Shown: in pieces, positions 32,531 to 42,806 of the stretch
How positions within the stretch are numbered: position 1 is the first letter of the stretch
Layout of the letters: the number at the start of each line of letters is the position of its first letter
Assembly (NCBI GenBank): GCA_023205875.1
Contig: CP060769.1
Location: forward strand, 124,001-188,000
DNA length: 64,000 bases
Reading direction: 5' to 3'
DNA from: Chloropicon primus
Taxonomy: Eukaryota
Program-made: the position numbers and the translations under genes
The notes under the pieces: model-generated
The model's input: only the letters and a program-made list of their open reading frames with translations
The model's database searches: none
What the model was told of the DNA's origin: nothing

Positions 32531-33196
32531 TCACTTCCCCTTGGTCAGGAATCCTGCGGCAGTGTCCATGTCGGCCCTGGCCTTGTTCTTCATCGGGTCG
32601 GGCACGGGAGCAAAGCCGTTCTGCGCGAAATAGCCGAGGAGACTGTCGACAACGACGTAGAGCCTCTGTGCCGATTCCATCCTCGCGCTTCCACCCGGGG
32701 CGTACTTTGCCGTCCAAGCCTTGGCGTTCGTCTGCACGTCAGTCGTGGCGCCCCGCCTCGCCTTGTCGAAGACGTCCATGTCCAGCAGAGCATTGATGTC
32801 GCTGATGAGCTCCTTGCTGCTCTCAAAGTACGCCTGGTCAATCTTGGAGGCAGCCTGTCCGGTCTGCGCCTTGTAGCTTCCGTTTCCCGTCTTGCTCAAG
32901 ACGTCCTGCTTCAGCTTCCCCTCATCCTTGGCGAACTGCGCGGCCCTGCACTCGTCGCCCTCCTCGCCGAGCTCGCACACACCAGCGCCCACCTCGCCGT
33001 TCCAACTCCGCTTCCCCTTGAACTGCCCTGCAGAGGCCACGGGAGGAAACGCCGTCAAGAGCGCCGCGCCAACGAGGCCCAGAGCCTGCCTCCTCGACGC
33101 AAGCACCGATGCCACCGTCCTCTTGGTCTGAACCTTCCCATCACTCGGCCCCGGAGGCGCCGCGCTGGCCCTCGTCACCCATCGCGTCGCTGCCAT
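32531..33196 (-). CDS. Psb27-like thylakoid lumen protein (Tat substrate)
   Basis: SRRQALGL...ASA twin-arginine signal. The C-terminal helical region AWTAKY...S...LY..VDSL.GYF...G.APVP...K resembles Psb27. Confidence 0.75.
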   Translation of the reverse strand: MAATRWVTRASAAPPGPSDGKVQTKRTVASVLASRRQALGLVGAALLTAFPPVASAGQFKGKRSWNGEVGAGVCELGEEGDECRAAQFAKDEGKLKQDVLSKTGNGSYKAQTGQAASKIDQAYFESSKELISDINALLDMDVFDKARRGATTDVQTNAKAWTAKYAPGGSARMESAQRLYVVVDSLLGYFAQNGFAPVPDPMKNKARADMDTAAGFLTKGK

Positions 33197-33630
33197 CCTC
33201 GCCGTCAACTCCTCTCTTCCTCTGTGAGCCACAAAAAACACGAAGATCAGATCTTCATCGAGGGAGATCTCAGCTGGATGAGGATGAGGATGAGGGGGGG
33301 GGTCCTGGTGAGAGAGATCGCCGATTCTTTCTTTCTGGTGTCTAATGTATTCTTCCGAGCCGCTTGAACTGAGTTCACTCCTCTTGAACGAGTTCACTCC
33401 TCTTTGTATTGCCGTGGTTGCTCTCTCTCTCTCTTTCTCCCTCTCTCTGAGGAAGACTTGACTTGACTTGACTTGATGATGATGATGATGCGCGCGATCG
33501 ATCGCATCGCATCGGGATTCCTCGGAAGCAGAAGAAGAGCGTTCTCATCGCGATGGCTGATCGGTTGGTTCGGGTAGTTTTCTTTACATTTTGCGTGACG
33601 CAGGCGCGCGCCTTAGGACGTCGTCAACAA

Positions 33631-36600
33631 TCACTTGAAGGTGAGCGAGTCCTCAAAGGTGGGAAACATTTTCGAGAGCATCTCCGTCACAGTTTTCAGG
33701 CCCAGGACTTGAACCAGTCTGGAGTACTCGCATATGGTGTACCACACGGCGGCCTTCTGGAGGTGGCAAGTGTTGCATTTCACCGCGAGGTCGAAGATCA
33801 TCCCCACGCTCTGGGCATCGATCGTGGAGATGAGAAAAGTCTCGCAGGCGTGCTTGAGCCCCTCGAGCTTGAGCCTCTCCGCCTGCTCAAGGAGCTCGGG
33901 GGCATTGTCCTCCTCGGTGACGTGAACCTGCCCCGAGTAAATGAAGGACAGGACCTTCATCCACGTGGCGCACTCCACGCCCTCTACCGGAATCTCGTCC
34001 CTGTCAATCTCCAGAATCTCCACGGCCTTCTTCGAGGCGGCAAGGATCGCGATCCTGTGGCCACTGATTCTCTTGCCCTCCACCAAGAAGGTGACGTCCG
34101 AGAACTTATTGCAGTCCAGGTAGTTCTCTCCCAAGAAGGTGCCCTGCTTCGCTTGGTAAGTGCCCGGCTTCACACCGTTCTCCAGCGTCGGGAGCTTGGA
34201 AAAGGCGGAAGACCTCTTGCCGAGGGTGTGGATGGCGTCCATGCTCTCCTTCTGGCAGTTTTTGCAGTCGCTCTTGAGGGCGTAAAGGAAAAGGACGTCC
34301 ATCCCGCGGTTCTCCATGAAGATGTTGTGCAAAGCATTCTGGGGCGCAAGGTGGGCCAAGCCAGTCGCGATGTAGTATCTCGTCCCCAAGTCTGCCGCCT
34401 CCGAGGACAGAAGGTACTTGAGGTGGACCAGGACGTGGCTCTGAGCGATCTTCTCCTCCAACTTCCTCAGGGTGTTCCTGACGCAGTCTTTGGAGGCCTG
34501 CACGTGGAACTTGCCGTTCAAAAGAAGCGAGACACAGCCAGACTTCAAAAAGTGTGGAACGTTGTCATCGTTATCCGACAGACCATACAAGGCAAAGGCG
34601 GCGTTGTGCTGGGAGTTCAAGTAGGTGCTGCTGAGCAGCTGCACAAGTGGCTGCAGACCGCCCGCCTGGACGATTCCAGCCTGGTTGTCTACGTTCTGGG
34701 CAAGCCTGCCGATGGCAAAGGCTGCCATCTCGCTCACCTGGACGCTGCCTTCCGAAAGCATCGAGATCAGCGGGCCCAAGGCCCCCCTCTGCACGATTTT
34801 ACTCTTGTAGTCAGGATCCTGAACGTTCGCAAACTGGCCCAGGAGCAGGGCGGCCTCCCTCCTGCTCTCCATGTCGCTCGAGGACAGCAAGTTTATCAAT
34901 GGCTGCAATGCCCCACAGTTCAGCACAAGCTTCTTGATGTGAGCTGAGCTGTGCACCAAGCTCGACATGACGGCCACCGCCTCGTAGTGGATGCTGGGGT
35001 CGCTGGAACGAAGCATGCACACCAAGGAGCCCAAGGCACCGCACTCCACAATCTGGTTCTTGTTGTCCTCGTTCCGGAATGCGATGGCTTTCAGGGTGCT
35101 AGCCGCAGCAGTCTGGACAGAGGATTCCCTCGCCTTGAGCAGTAGCACCAAAGCCGGGATCCCGCCTTCCTCCCTCACCAGGTTCTTGGTCCTCACGTCC
35201 TCGTGAGCCAGGTTTGCCAAGGCTCCGGCAGCCCTCCTTGCGATTGTGTACATCGGGGTCCTCCCTTTCGACTGAAGGTTTGTTGGAGCTTTCTTGTCCT
35301 CTTGGGCCCCTGTCCTCGCCTGGACAGCAGGCTGGCTTCCAGTCTGCGGGTGCGCGTTGTGGGTGTGGCTCGTGTTGGGGTGAGGAGGGCGAAAGTCTCC
35401 TTTCTGAAGGCTGAATTGATCCTGAATGCTCTCCGACATGTACCCCTGGCCCTTCTGGCTCTGAACACACAAGGCGGAGTAGCACCTGAGCACGTTGACC
35501 AGTGCGCCAACCCCACCCTGCTCAATCACATGCCTCCTGTGCTGCCCATTCATTGCCACAAATCCCATGATGAGGCAAGTGTTCTTCAAAATCTTCTCGG
35601 CCGACTTGTGGATGCTCATGCTGGTGCTCTTCTTGTGCTTGGCGTTCATGGCCTTCTGAGCCCGCGACACGGAGACGTTCTTCGAATTTACGCACCTCCT
35701 AATGATTTCTATCAGAATCCTGACTCCACCGGACTCGACGATGCTCCCAATGCTCTCCTCGATCTTCACCATGCTCGCAAGGGCGTGCACAGCCTTCTTC
35801 GCCTTCCTCGTGAAGTAAAACACGGTGTTCTGGTTCCTCTCCCACTCCGGTGTCCTCGGGGCCCCACCCTGGCGATCTCTCGTCCTTCGGTTCTGTTGGT
35901 TCCAGATCGAGAGCTCCTTCTCTTTTTCTTCCCTTTGCTTCTTCTGAGCAGTGTTCTGGTTGAAGAGCTCCTGCTCCAAAACACCCATGAACTTTGGCAC
36001 CAGAGACATTCCATTGCATTGCAGCAAGGTCTTCATCTCGGCCTTCGACCTGACAGGCTCCTGGCCTCCTTCCGTTCCCCGAGCAGCGGAGTCGCCGTCC
36101 CTTTCAGCTGCATTCCCCCTTTTCCCGGCACAGTCCTTCTCTTCCACTTTGGGGGACTTTCCCGTGCCCGCGTCGGTGCTCACGGCCTTGCCAGATTTCC
36201 CTGGAGCGGCGTCGCCGTCCTCGGCCTCGTCATCGTATTCCCTGGACCTCTTCCTGCCCTGCAGGGCGTCGTTCAATAAGGCGTGAAGGGACGGCATCAC
36301 CTTGTGGAGCTGGTCAATCAGCTCAGGACTGTTCTTGAGACTCGACCTGTCCTTCAGCACATCGAGGAGGTCCTCCATGCAGTTGTCCAAGCTCTTCGCA
36401 GGATCCTGCGCCTGGGCCGCCGGCGTTTTTGCTGCGCCGCCTCTCGCGTTGGCGCCTGGGCTGCCGTGGTGTATGAGGCACGCTCCCCCCGCGTGGCGGT
36501 CGCCCGAGCCGCTCCCCCCAGCACCGTTGCTGGTGCTCGCCTCTCCACCACCCGCCGAGCCCCTCTTCTTCCCAAAAAGCATGTGAAACCGGGTCTTCTC

Positions 36601-36807
36601 CTTCGCCTTGAGGATCTCCTCGGCCTCGTGGTCCTCGTGGTCCAGGTATTCGTCCTCGAGCTCGTCCTCGTCGTCGTCCCACAGAACGTACAGCAAGGCC
36701 TCCTCCTCTTCGGTTGTCCTGCCCACACCAGGTTTCGAGGAAGGCCTCACCCTCTCCTCGCCCCCCTCCTCCTCCACCCCCCTCCCGCTTCCCCCTTCCT
36801 CCTCCAT
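33631..36807 (-). CDS. ARIA: Armadillo-repeat + BTB/POZ protein (ARIA/ABAP1-like)
   Basis: RRAAGALANLAHE..KNLVREEGGIPALV, AASTLKAIAFRNEDNKNQIVECGAL, REAALLLGQFA, and BTB start SDVTFLVEGK....HRI. The first ATG is at 36807. Confidence 0.88.
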   Translation of the reverse strand: MEEEGGSGRGVEEEGGEERVRPSSKPGVGRTTEEEEALLYVLWDDDEDELEDEYLDHEDHEAEEILKAKEKTRFHMLFGKKRGSAGGGEASTSNGAGGSGSGDRHAGGACLIHHGSPGANARGGAAKTPAAQAQDPAKSLDNCMEDLLDVLKDRSSLKNSPELIDQLHKVMPSLHALLNDALQGRKRSREYDDEAEDGDAAPGKSGKAVSTDAGTGKSPKVEEKDCAGKRGNAAERDGDSAARGTEGGQEPVRSKAEMKTLLQCNGMSLVPKFMGVLEQELFNQNTAQKKQREEKEKELSIWNQQNRRTRDRQGGAPRTPEWERNQNTVFYFTRKAKKAVHALASMVKIEESIGSIVESGGVRILIEIIRRCVNSKNVSVSRAQKAMNAKHKKSTSMSIHKSAEKILKNTCLIMGFVAMNGQHRRHVIEQGGVGALVNVLRCYSALCVQSQKGQGYMSESIQDQFSLQKGDFRPPHPNTSHTHNAHPQTGSQPAVQARTGAQEDKKAPTNLQSKGRTPMYTIARRAAGALANLAHEDVRTKNLVREEGGIPALVLLLKARESSVQTAAASTLKAIAFRNEDNKNQIVECGALGSLVCMLRSSDPSIHYEAVAVMSSLVHSSAHIKKLVLNCGALQPLINLLSSSDMESRREAALLLGQFANVQDPDYKSKIVQRGALGPLISMLSEGSVQVSEMAAFAIGRLAQNVDNQAGIVQAGGLQPLVQLLSSTYLNSQHNAAFALYGLSDNDDNVPHFLKSGCVSLLLNGKFHVQASKDCVRNTLRKLEEKIAQSHVLVHLKYLLSSEAADLGTRYYIATGLAHLAPQNALHNIFMENRGMDVLFLYALKSDCKNCQKESMDAIHTLGKRSSAFSKLPTLENGVKPGTYQAKQGTFLGENYLDCNKFSDVTFLVEGKRISGHRIAILAASKKAVEILEIDRDEIPVEGVECATWMKVLSFIYSGQVHVTEEDNAPELLEQAERLKLEGLKHACETFLISTIDAQSVGMIFDLAVKCNTCHLQKAAVWYTICEYSRLVQVLGLKTVTEMLSKMFPTFEDSLTFK

Positions 36808-36893
36808 CCCTTCCCTTCGCTCTCCTTCTCCAACACCAGAGAGAGAGAGAGAGAGAGACCCCTCCACCTCTTACCCTCCTCGCTCGCTGCCTC

Positions 36894-37253
36894 CACCTCT
36901 TCGCCAGCAGCCAACGCAAAGCCTTATCAGTCTCTCGCGTCCTCAATACTCGGCCATTTCTTTCAAGCGACGGCTCTTTCGAAAGATCTCCGAGCGAGGC
37001 TTCCAAAACCAAAACCTCCTTGGGACTCAAACCTCGTTCCCGGAGCCTGCGCTCTCCTCTCTCCCACCCTCTCACTCACCTCTTCGCCAGCAGCCAACAC
37101 AAAGCCTTATCAGTCTCTCGCGTCCTCAATACTCGGCCATTTCTTTCAAGCGACGGCTCTTTCGAAAGATCTCCAAGCGAGTCTTCCAAAACGAAAACCT
37201 TCTTGGGACTCAAACCTCGTTCCCGGAGCCTGCGCTCTCCTCTCTCCCACCCT
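36894..37253. repeat. Direct tandem duplication, 183-bp period, 2 copies
   Basis: CACCTCTTCGCCAGCAGCCAAC starts at 36894 and 37077, with only a few substitutions between copies. Confidence 0.93.
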
Positions 37254-37766
37254 GTCCCTCCCCTGTCGCGACTGGTTCTCCAAACGTCTGCTGCCTGATT
37301 TTCAAATTCAGCTTCGCTTCTAATTCACATTTGAAGTTCATGGATCCCAAGATTCAGATCATCAAATCAAGGTGTCGGCGAGGGGCCAAGGTGATCGAGG
37401 TGAGTGAGTGATGGACGACATCCACGTCCACGGCTGAGGAAAGGCGACGACGAGGAGGGCCACACGGATCCATAATCTCTCGATCTCTCATCATTGGAGG
37501 TTTTCATCCTCGGGTCGAAAAGTTATTGAGACCTCGTGTTGTGTTTTGTGTGGGTTTGGACTCTCTCTCTCTGTCTCTCTCTCTCCTTGACGTCCAAGGG
37601 GTGAGTGGGTGAGAGCCTACGCAGGACGAGGAGGAGGACGGCAGGGAGGGTGATCATCACGAGGGTTGATCCTTCTTCGTGTGTCTTGATCTTTTGTCTC
37701 GCCGTTTGATTTGATTTGATCCGTCGGTTGATGGTATGACCAAGTGAGGGTTGTGGTGACATCAAC

Positions 37767-39353
37767 ATGGACAAGTTAACGAGCATCCCCCTCGCCACCG
37801 AGGACGAGGGGAGCAACATGGAGAGCGGCGCGGCGGTGGCACACGTGGAGGTGGAGATGACGGAGACGGACGTGGATTCGAGGGACAAGGAGAAGCTTCA
37901 CTTGTTGAACGGCCACAAGGCGAGCGCCTCGGTGAAATACGACTCTTCGTCGAACGGAGAGAGTGACAGCGAGAGCGACGGGGAGGGACAGGTCAAGGTG
38001 GTGAAGAACAACATGAAGATCTTGATCATATCGGCAGTTCTGGGGAACATCCTTGAGTGGTACGACTTCGGCGTCTTTGCCTCCTTCAGTACCGAGCTCA
38101 GCAAAGCATTTTTCACGGGTGGACGTCTCGAGGAGATGCTCAAGGTGTATGGCGTCTTCGCCTCCGCGTTCTTTGCGAGGCCGCTGGGTGGATTCCTCCT
38201 CGGGCTGATCGGGGACAAGTTCGCAAGGACGCTGTCCCTGCAGATCAGTGTGGTGGCCATGGGAATGAGCGCGCTGTTCATTTCCGTGTTGCCGACCAAC
38301 ACGGTGGGCTCGTACAAGATAGGCCCGGTGGCGACCTTTCTTCTGGTGGGCGCTAGAATCGTTCAAGGCCTCTCGACGGGTGGTGAGATGGTGGGAACGA
38401 TGCTGTACATGGTGGAGAACGTCCCGGAAACCGCAAAGTGCTTCGTTTCTGCGATTCCTTTGGCGTCCGCCATCGCGGGGACTGGCACCGGCTACCTCGT
38501 CTCGGCCATCATCACGGCCGTGATGAGCGAGGAGAACCGTGTCCTGTACGGTTGGAGGATCGCCTTCTTCCTCGGGGTGCCCGCCGGTGCGGTCGGGTTC
38601 CTCTTCAGGACGTGCCTGTCCGAATCCCATTCCTTCTCAGAGGCCAGCAAGAAGTTTGCCAAGAAGCACGGCAACCAGCATCCATTCTTTTACGCGGTGA
38701 AACACTGCACGGCACCGCTCGTCACGATACTGTTCCTTTGCATGCTCGTCTGCGGGTACTACAGCGGCACAACGTGGTACAACGAGGCCTGGCTCGAAGA
38801 GTTTTACACCGAGTTGATCGGAGAGGACAAGAAATTGGACAAGCTCGAGGGGAGGACGATCAACACGATCCTCCTCTTCGGGGGCCTTTCCCTGGGAACT
38901 CTCGGCGCGGCCTACTTCGTCGACAGGCACCCGAAAATTCCTTTGCACAGCTACCTGGTGTTCTCGAGTACCTCGCTGATCTTCCTTTCTCCGCTTGCGC
39001 TTTGGTTGATGGCGAGGGGAAAGGACGACATCATGCTTGTTGTGCTCGGCCAGGCCGTGAGCATCTCCGTGTTCACCTTCACCGTGGGAATCCTCGCGTT
39101 GTGGCTGACGACAGAGTTTCCGCCCACCTTGCAGTACACGTCCATCGCGCTGAGTTATAACGTCGCCCAGTGCATCTTTGGCGGTACGATGCCGTACATC
39201 TCGACCCAGATCTCGACCAAGGCAGACAACGTGCTGGCGCCCTCGTATTACGTGTCCGCCCTCGCGTTCATGGGCGCGGTCGCCATGCTCGCGACGAGGA
39301 TGAAGTCAGTGAGAGAGATGCACGGCAGGCTGCACCACATCATGAACAGCTGA
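37767..39353 (+). CDS. MFS transporter, metabolite:H+ symporter family (ProP-like)
   Basis: GNILEWYDFGVFA, FFARPLGG..LG.IGDK..R, ARIVQGLSTGGE, YNVAQCIFGG.MPY, and about 12 TM helices. Confidence 0.9.
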   Translation: MDKLTSIPLATEDEGSNMESGAAVAHVEVEMTETDVDSRDKEKLHLLNGHKASASVKYDSSSNGESDSESDGEGQVKVVKNNMKILIISAVLGNILEWYDFGVFASFSTELSKAFFTGGRLEEMLKVYGVFASAFFARPLGGFLLGLIGDKFARTLSLQISVVAMGMSALFISVLPTNTVGSYKIGPVATFLLVGARIVQGLSTGGEMVGTMLYMVENVPETAKCFVSAIPLASAIAGTGTGYLVSAIITAVMSEENRVLYGWRIAFFLGVPAGAVGFLFRTCLSESHSFSEASKKFAKKHGNQHPFFYAVKHCTAPLVTILFLCMLVCGYYSGTTWYNEAWLEEFYTELIGEDKKLDKLEGRTINTILLFGGLSLGTLGAAYFVDRHPKIPLHSYLVFSSTSLIFLSPLALWLMARGKDDIMLVVLGQAVSISVFTFTVGILALWLTTEFPPTLQYTSIALSYNVAQCIFGGTMPYISTQISTKADNVLAPSYYVSALAFMGAVAMLATRMKSVREMHGRLHHIMNS

Positions 39354-39454
39354 TCGCGACGGATCGACACCGTCTCGTGGGGTATTTTTACTTTTTATCA
39401 ATAAACTATGTATAATTGTATATCCAAGAAAGAGCGTCGACACGTCTGACTCTC

Positions 39455-40036
39455 TCACAAGCCAAAGTAATCCGCAAGAGCGAAGTCGCTCAGCAGGGGT
39501 TTGAACTCCTCCGGAGAGAGCTTCCCGTCCTCGTCCTTGTCGTACGCCTCGATGGTCTTTTTGGCGACCTGGTGGATCTGCTTGGAGGATTGCCTCTCTC
39601 CCTTGCCGAGCCGCCTCATCCAAAAGTACAAGTCCCCCTCGGAGATGAAGCCATCCCCGTCCACGTCGTACGCCATGAACGCAAGGTCGTGCTTGTCGTC
39701 CATGTCCTTCGAATCAAGCCGCTTCAAGCAAGCCTTGTAGTCGTCCAGGCCGATCTTCCCCTCCTCCTCCACCTCACTGAACAGCTCAAAGAGGCGGCCG
39801 GAGAAAGGGTTGCTCTTGAACTCCTGCCTCGAAGCGACGAGGTCCGTGATGTCCACAGACCTGGGACCACCGTCTTTGACGAGGCCGAGGAAGGCTCGCT
39901 CGTGGTCCCCCCTGGCCACTGCTTGCATGGCTTGCGTCTGTTTCGAGCCCCTTTCCACCTTCCCTTTCCCTCCTCCCTTTCTGCCTGGTTCTCCTCCACC
40001 AAAGGACTCGCCCCCGAAGCAGCCTCCAACGCCCAT
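39455..40036 (-). CDS. Calcineurin B / CBL-like EF-hand Ca2+ sensor
   Basis: NPFSGRLFELF, EF loops DVDGDGFISEGD and DKDEDGKLSPEE, and N-terminal MGVGGC (possible lipidation site). Confidence 0.8.
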   Translation of the reverse strand: MGVGGCFGGESFGGGEPGRKGGGKGKVERGSKQTQAMQAVARGDHERAFLGLVKDGGPRSVDITDLVASRQEFKSNPFSGRLFELFSEVEEEGKIGLDDYKACLKRLDSKDMDDKHDLAFMAYDVDGDGFISEGDLYFWMRRLGKGERQSSKQIHQVAKKTIEAYDKDEDGKLSPEEFKPLLSDFALADYFGL

Positions 40037-40695
40037 CGGACAGTAGTTTCTCCGATGAAGCCTAGCCTAGCCTTGGAAAGCGATGCGCCTTGGGATTCTT
40101 CTCCTCAGAGACAAGGGATCGCATCCAAAACTCGTCAAAGCAAAACACCTTGCGCAGGGGCGTTAGGACTCGTCAACAAGTCCATCCTTCCATCCATGCC
40201 ACAGGACAAAGCTTGTGGATAACAGGAGGACATCTTCGGTTTCATCCTCAAAACTGAACCAATTCTTTCGAGGGAGAACTCTTTGGAAAGCCAAGAGACA
40301 CGATCTGTCGCATTGACGGCTCTTATTTCACCTCACCTCTCCACTGCGTCCGTGATCCTCGTCCAAACTAATCACCTTGGTCTCTCGCCTTGGATTCTCT
40401 CCAGAGAGAGAAGGAAATTGAGGAGGCGTTTCACATTAAAACGAAACGGGCGGCGTCGACGACGGCGAAGGTGAGTTGTCTTGAGGACGCGCCATGGCGG
40501 ATGGCAGGGAGGGTCAGGATGACGCGTTGATTGGCGCATGGTAGATGAAACAATCGTCTCCTCCGCTTTCGTTTGACCCCTCTCTCGAAAAAAGTGGACG
40601 ACTGGCGAGGATGTTTGAGCCACTGAAACTGTAAAAAACTCGTTCCTTTTGGGGTTTGGCTCAGCAGAGAGCGAGAGCGAGAGCGAGGAAACGAA

Positions 40696-41099
40696 ATGGC
40701 CGGACTTGTGAATGATCGAACCTACGGTAAGCGGATGGGAGGGGCTGACAGCGTTTCCTGTTCTTCGCCCTCAGACCTTCCTTCCCTCGAGAGAAAGAGA
40801 GAGTCTGACACATCATCATCATCATCATCTCTCTCTCTCTCTCTGTGTGTGTGCGTGCGTGTCTTGTGTCCCGTTCGCTTGCTTGGGTTGGCACAGTTCC
40901 CGTGAACGTGGACCACGAGGGGTTTGTGGAGACGGAGAACAACCTGTTCAAGCACGTGGCCGTCAGGGAGAGAGAGCAGGACTCCAAGTACGTGCCTTCA
41001 ACCTCCAACATCGCACCGAGGCCAAAGTCCTGGGCGAAGACGGAGTCGAACACCCAGAAGGCGCACCAAAAGCAGGAGGCTCTCGAAGCACCCAAGTGA
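40696..41099 (+). CDS. Small spliced protein, 77 aa; exons 40696-40726, 40897-41099
   Basis: AAATGG start context, GTAAG donor at 40727, a microsatellite-rich intron and a CAG acceptor at 40896. The second exon is in frame and has GC3-rich codons. Confidence 0.65.
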
Positions 41100-41190
41100 T
41101 TGGCGAGTACTTGTTGACTGGCCCTGGAGCAGCTCGGGCTTCGCTAATATACAATCACAAAAAGACTTTTTGTGTCTCACTAATTCTAAC

Positions 41191-42510
41191 TCACGACGAC
41201 GTGCGGAAGAGGTCCTTCCTGTACAGGAGAGACTGCCTCTGGACGGCAATGTAGCGAGACAGGAAGTCTTTCCCCATCTCGCACTTCTCGAGGTCCTCCT
41301 TGCTGTATCCCGGCTGTATCTTCACCTCCAAAGGCTCCTTCTCTTCCTCCTGAGCCTTCACCTCCCCGGAGCTCGCACCGTCCTTACTGCTGGGTTTGGG
41401 CGCCTCCGCCGTTCTCTGTGGAGTCTTCCCCTTGAGCGAGGCCTCCGCGTCTTGGAGCAAGGTGGTCAGGGTTCTCGCTTCCTTCTTCGGCTTGGGGTCC
41501 GCCTCCTGCTGCTTGCTTCCCGCATCCCCACCTGCCGAGCGGTGGTTGCTCTCAGGCGTTTTGAGCTCGCCGTCGTCCTCCCTCTCGCCCTTGCGTCGTC
41601 TCTGCGTCGGTTGCTGAGATGCCAGAGCCATGTCAAGTGACGAGGAGGAACTGCTGGAAATTGGAGAGGCAACCGATAGCGCGAGACCCCCCCTGGCTTG
41701 CTCCTCGGAGGCATTCCCCTGCATCGAAGGACGCGGCACCGGTGATTCGTGAACTTTCTCTTCCATCCTCTGCACATCTTTCTTGTAAGCATCCAAGTCT
41801 TTGTACACGCTGGCCTTGTCTCCCACGTGCTCAGGGAACGCTTGACGGAAGGTCAGCCTCTCTCCTTCATCTTCGACCAAGACATTGATGTTCCAGACGG
41901 GGGTGTCCCACTCCGCGGCGGCCTTCACCACCTCCACGAGGTCCTCCTTGAAGATAGGGCCGTGCGTCTCCTTCAGCTCGTCCTCGAAGTACCAACCTTC
42001 CTCGAACTGATCGATGGGCAGGGAGTCAAGCTCGTGGTTCAGAATTTAAGAACACGGGATAGGATAGACGGTGTCGATTCACTTGGCAGCGGTCTCCTTA
42101 CCTCTTTCATCTGAGCGACCTCCCTCTCTCTCGTGTTTCTGTTCTTTCCTGGTGTGTAGTACTCCTTCAGGTCCTTCTCGAGGGGCGTCATGAATATAGG
42201 CACTTGGCTGATAGCCTCCTGCAAGAGCGAGTCGCGTTCCGCAATCGAAATCCAAGCACCCGTCGTCAACCAAACCACAAGCAAGTGTCAGGTTCCTCTG
42301 TGCATCATCTCAACCACAACGTGGTCCTCGGTTGGCTTCACCTCCTGTTTTCGGCCAACTTACCCAGTCCACCATGCCCTTGGTCCAGACAAGTGTGTCG
42401 TCCCTCACCAGGTTTGCTTCGATGAGGTCTCTGATGAAGTCAACCTTGACTGGTCCGGCCCTCTCCTCCGTCTTTGGGTCCTGGTAGTACCACATGGCTC
42501 TTCCGCCCAT
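41191..42510 (-). CDS. Tandem GYF_2 (DUF4339)-like domain protein; exons 42510-42364, 42218-42102, 42006-41191
   Basis: WYYQD...RAGPV....IRDLI....V..DTLVWTKGMVDW|EAISQVP, then a second unit WYFED...THGPI...DL.......DTPVW. Both GTAAG/CAG introns keep the frame. Confidence 0.8.
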
Positions 42511-42806
42511 CTTGGTTTCCTCTCGCCAAATCCTCACCACAGCGTTGTTTCTTCCAAGGGAGGATTCTTTCGAAAGACGAAAGAGAGGGTGATTCCGCAG
42601 GTGATCCGCCTTTCTCCCCTCCCGGCCCCACACTCCTTCTCCACGCCACTTCTCCACGCCTTTGCCTCTCCTCTGCAGAGTCCTGCGCTGGAAAACAAAT
42701 TTGATTTGAATTCGTCGTACAGCGAGGGTAACGCCTTGGGTACCCAAGGCTGAGGAAGCAAGGAGTCAGAGTATGAAAGCGTTGCCCTACTACAATTGCT
42801 TGTTTA

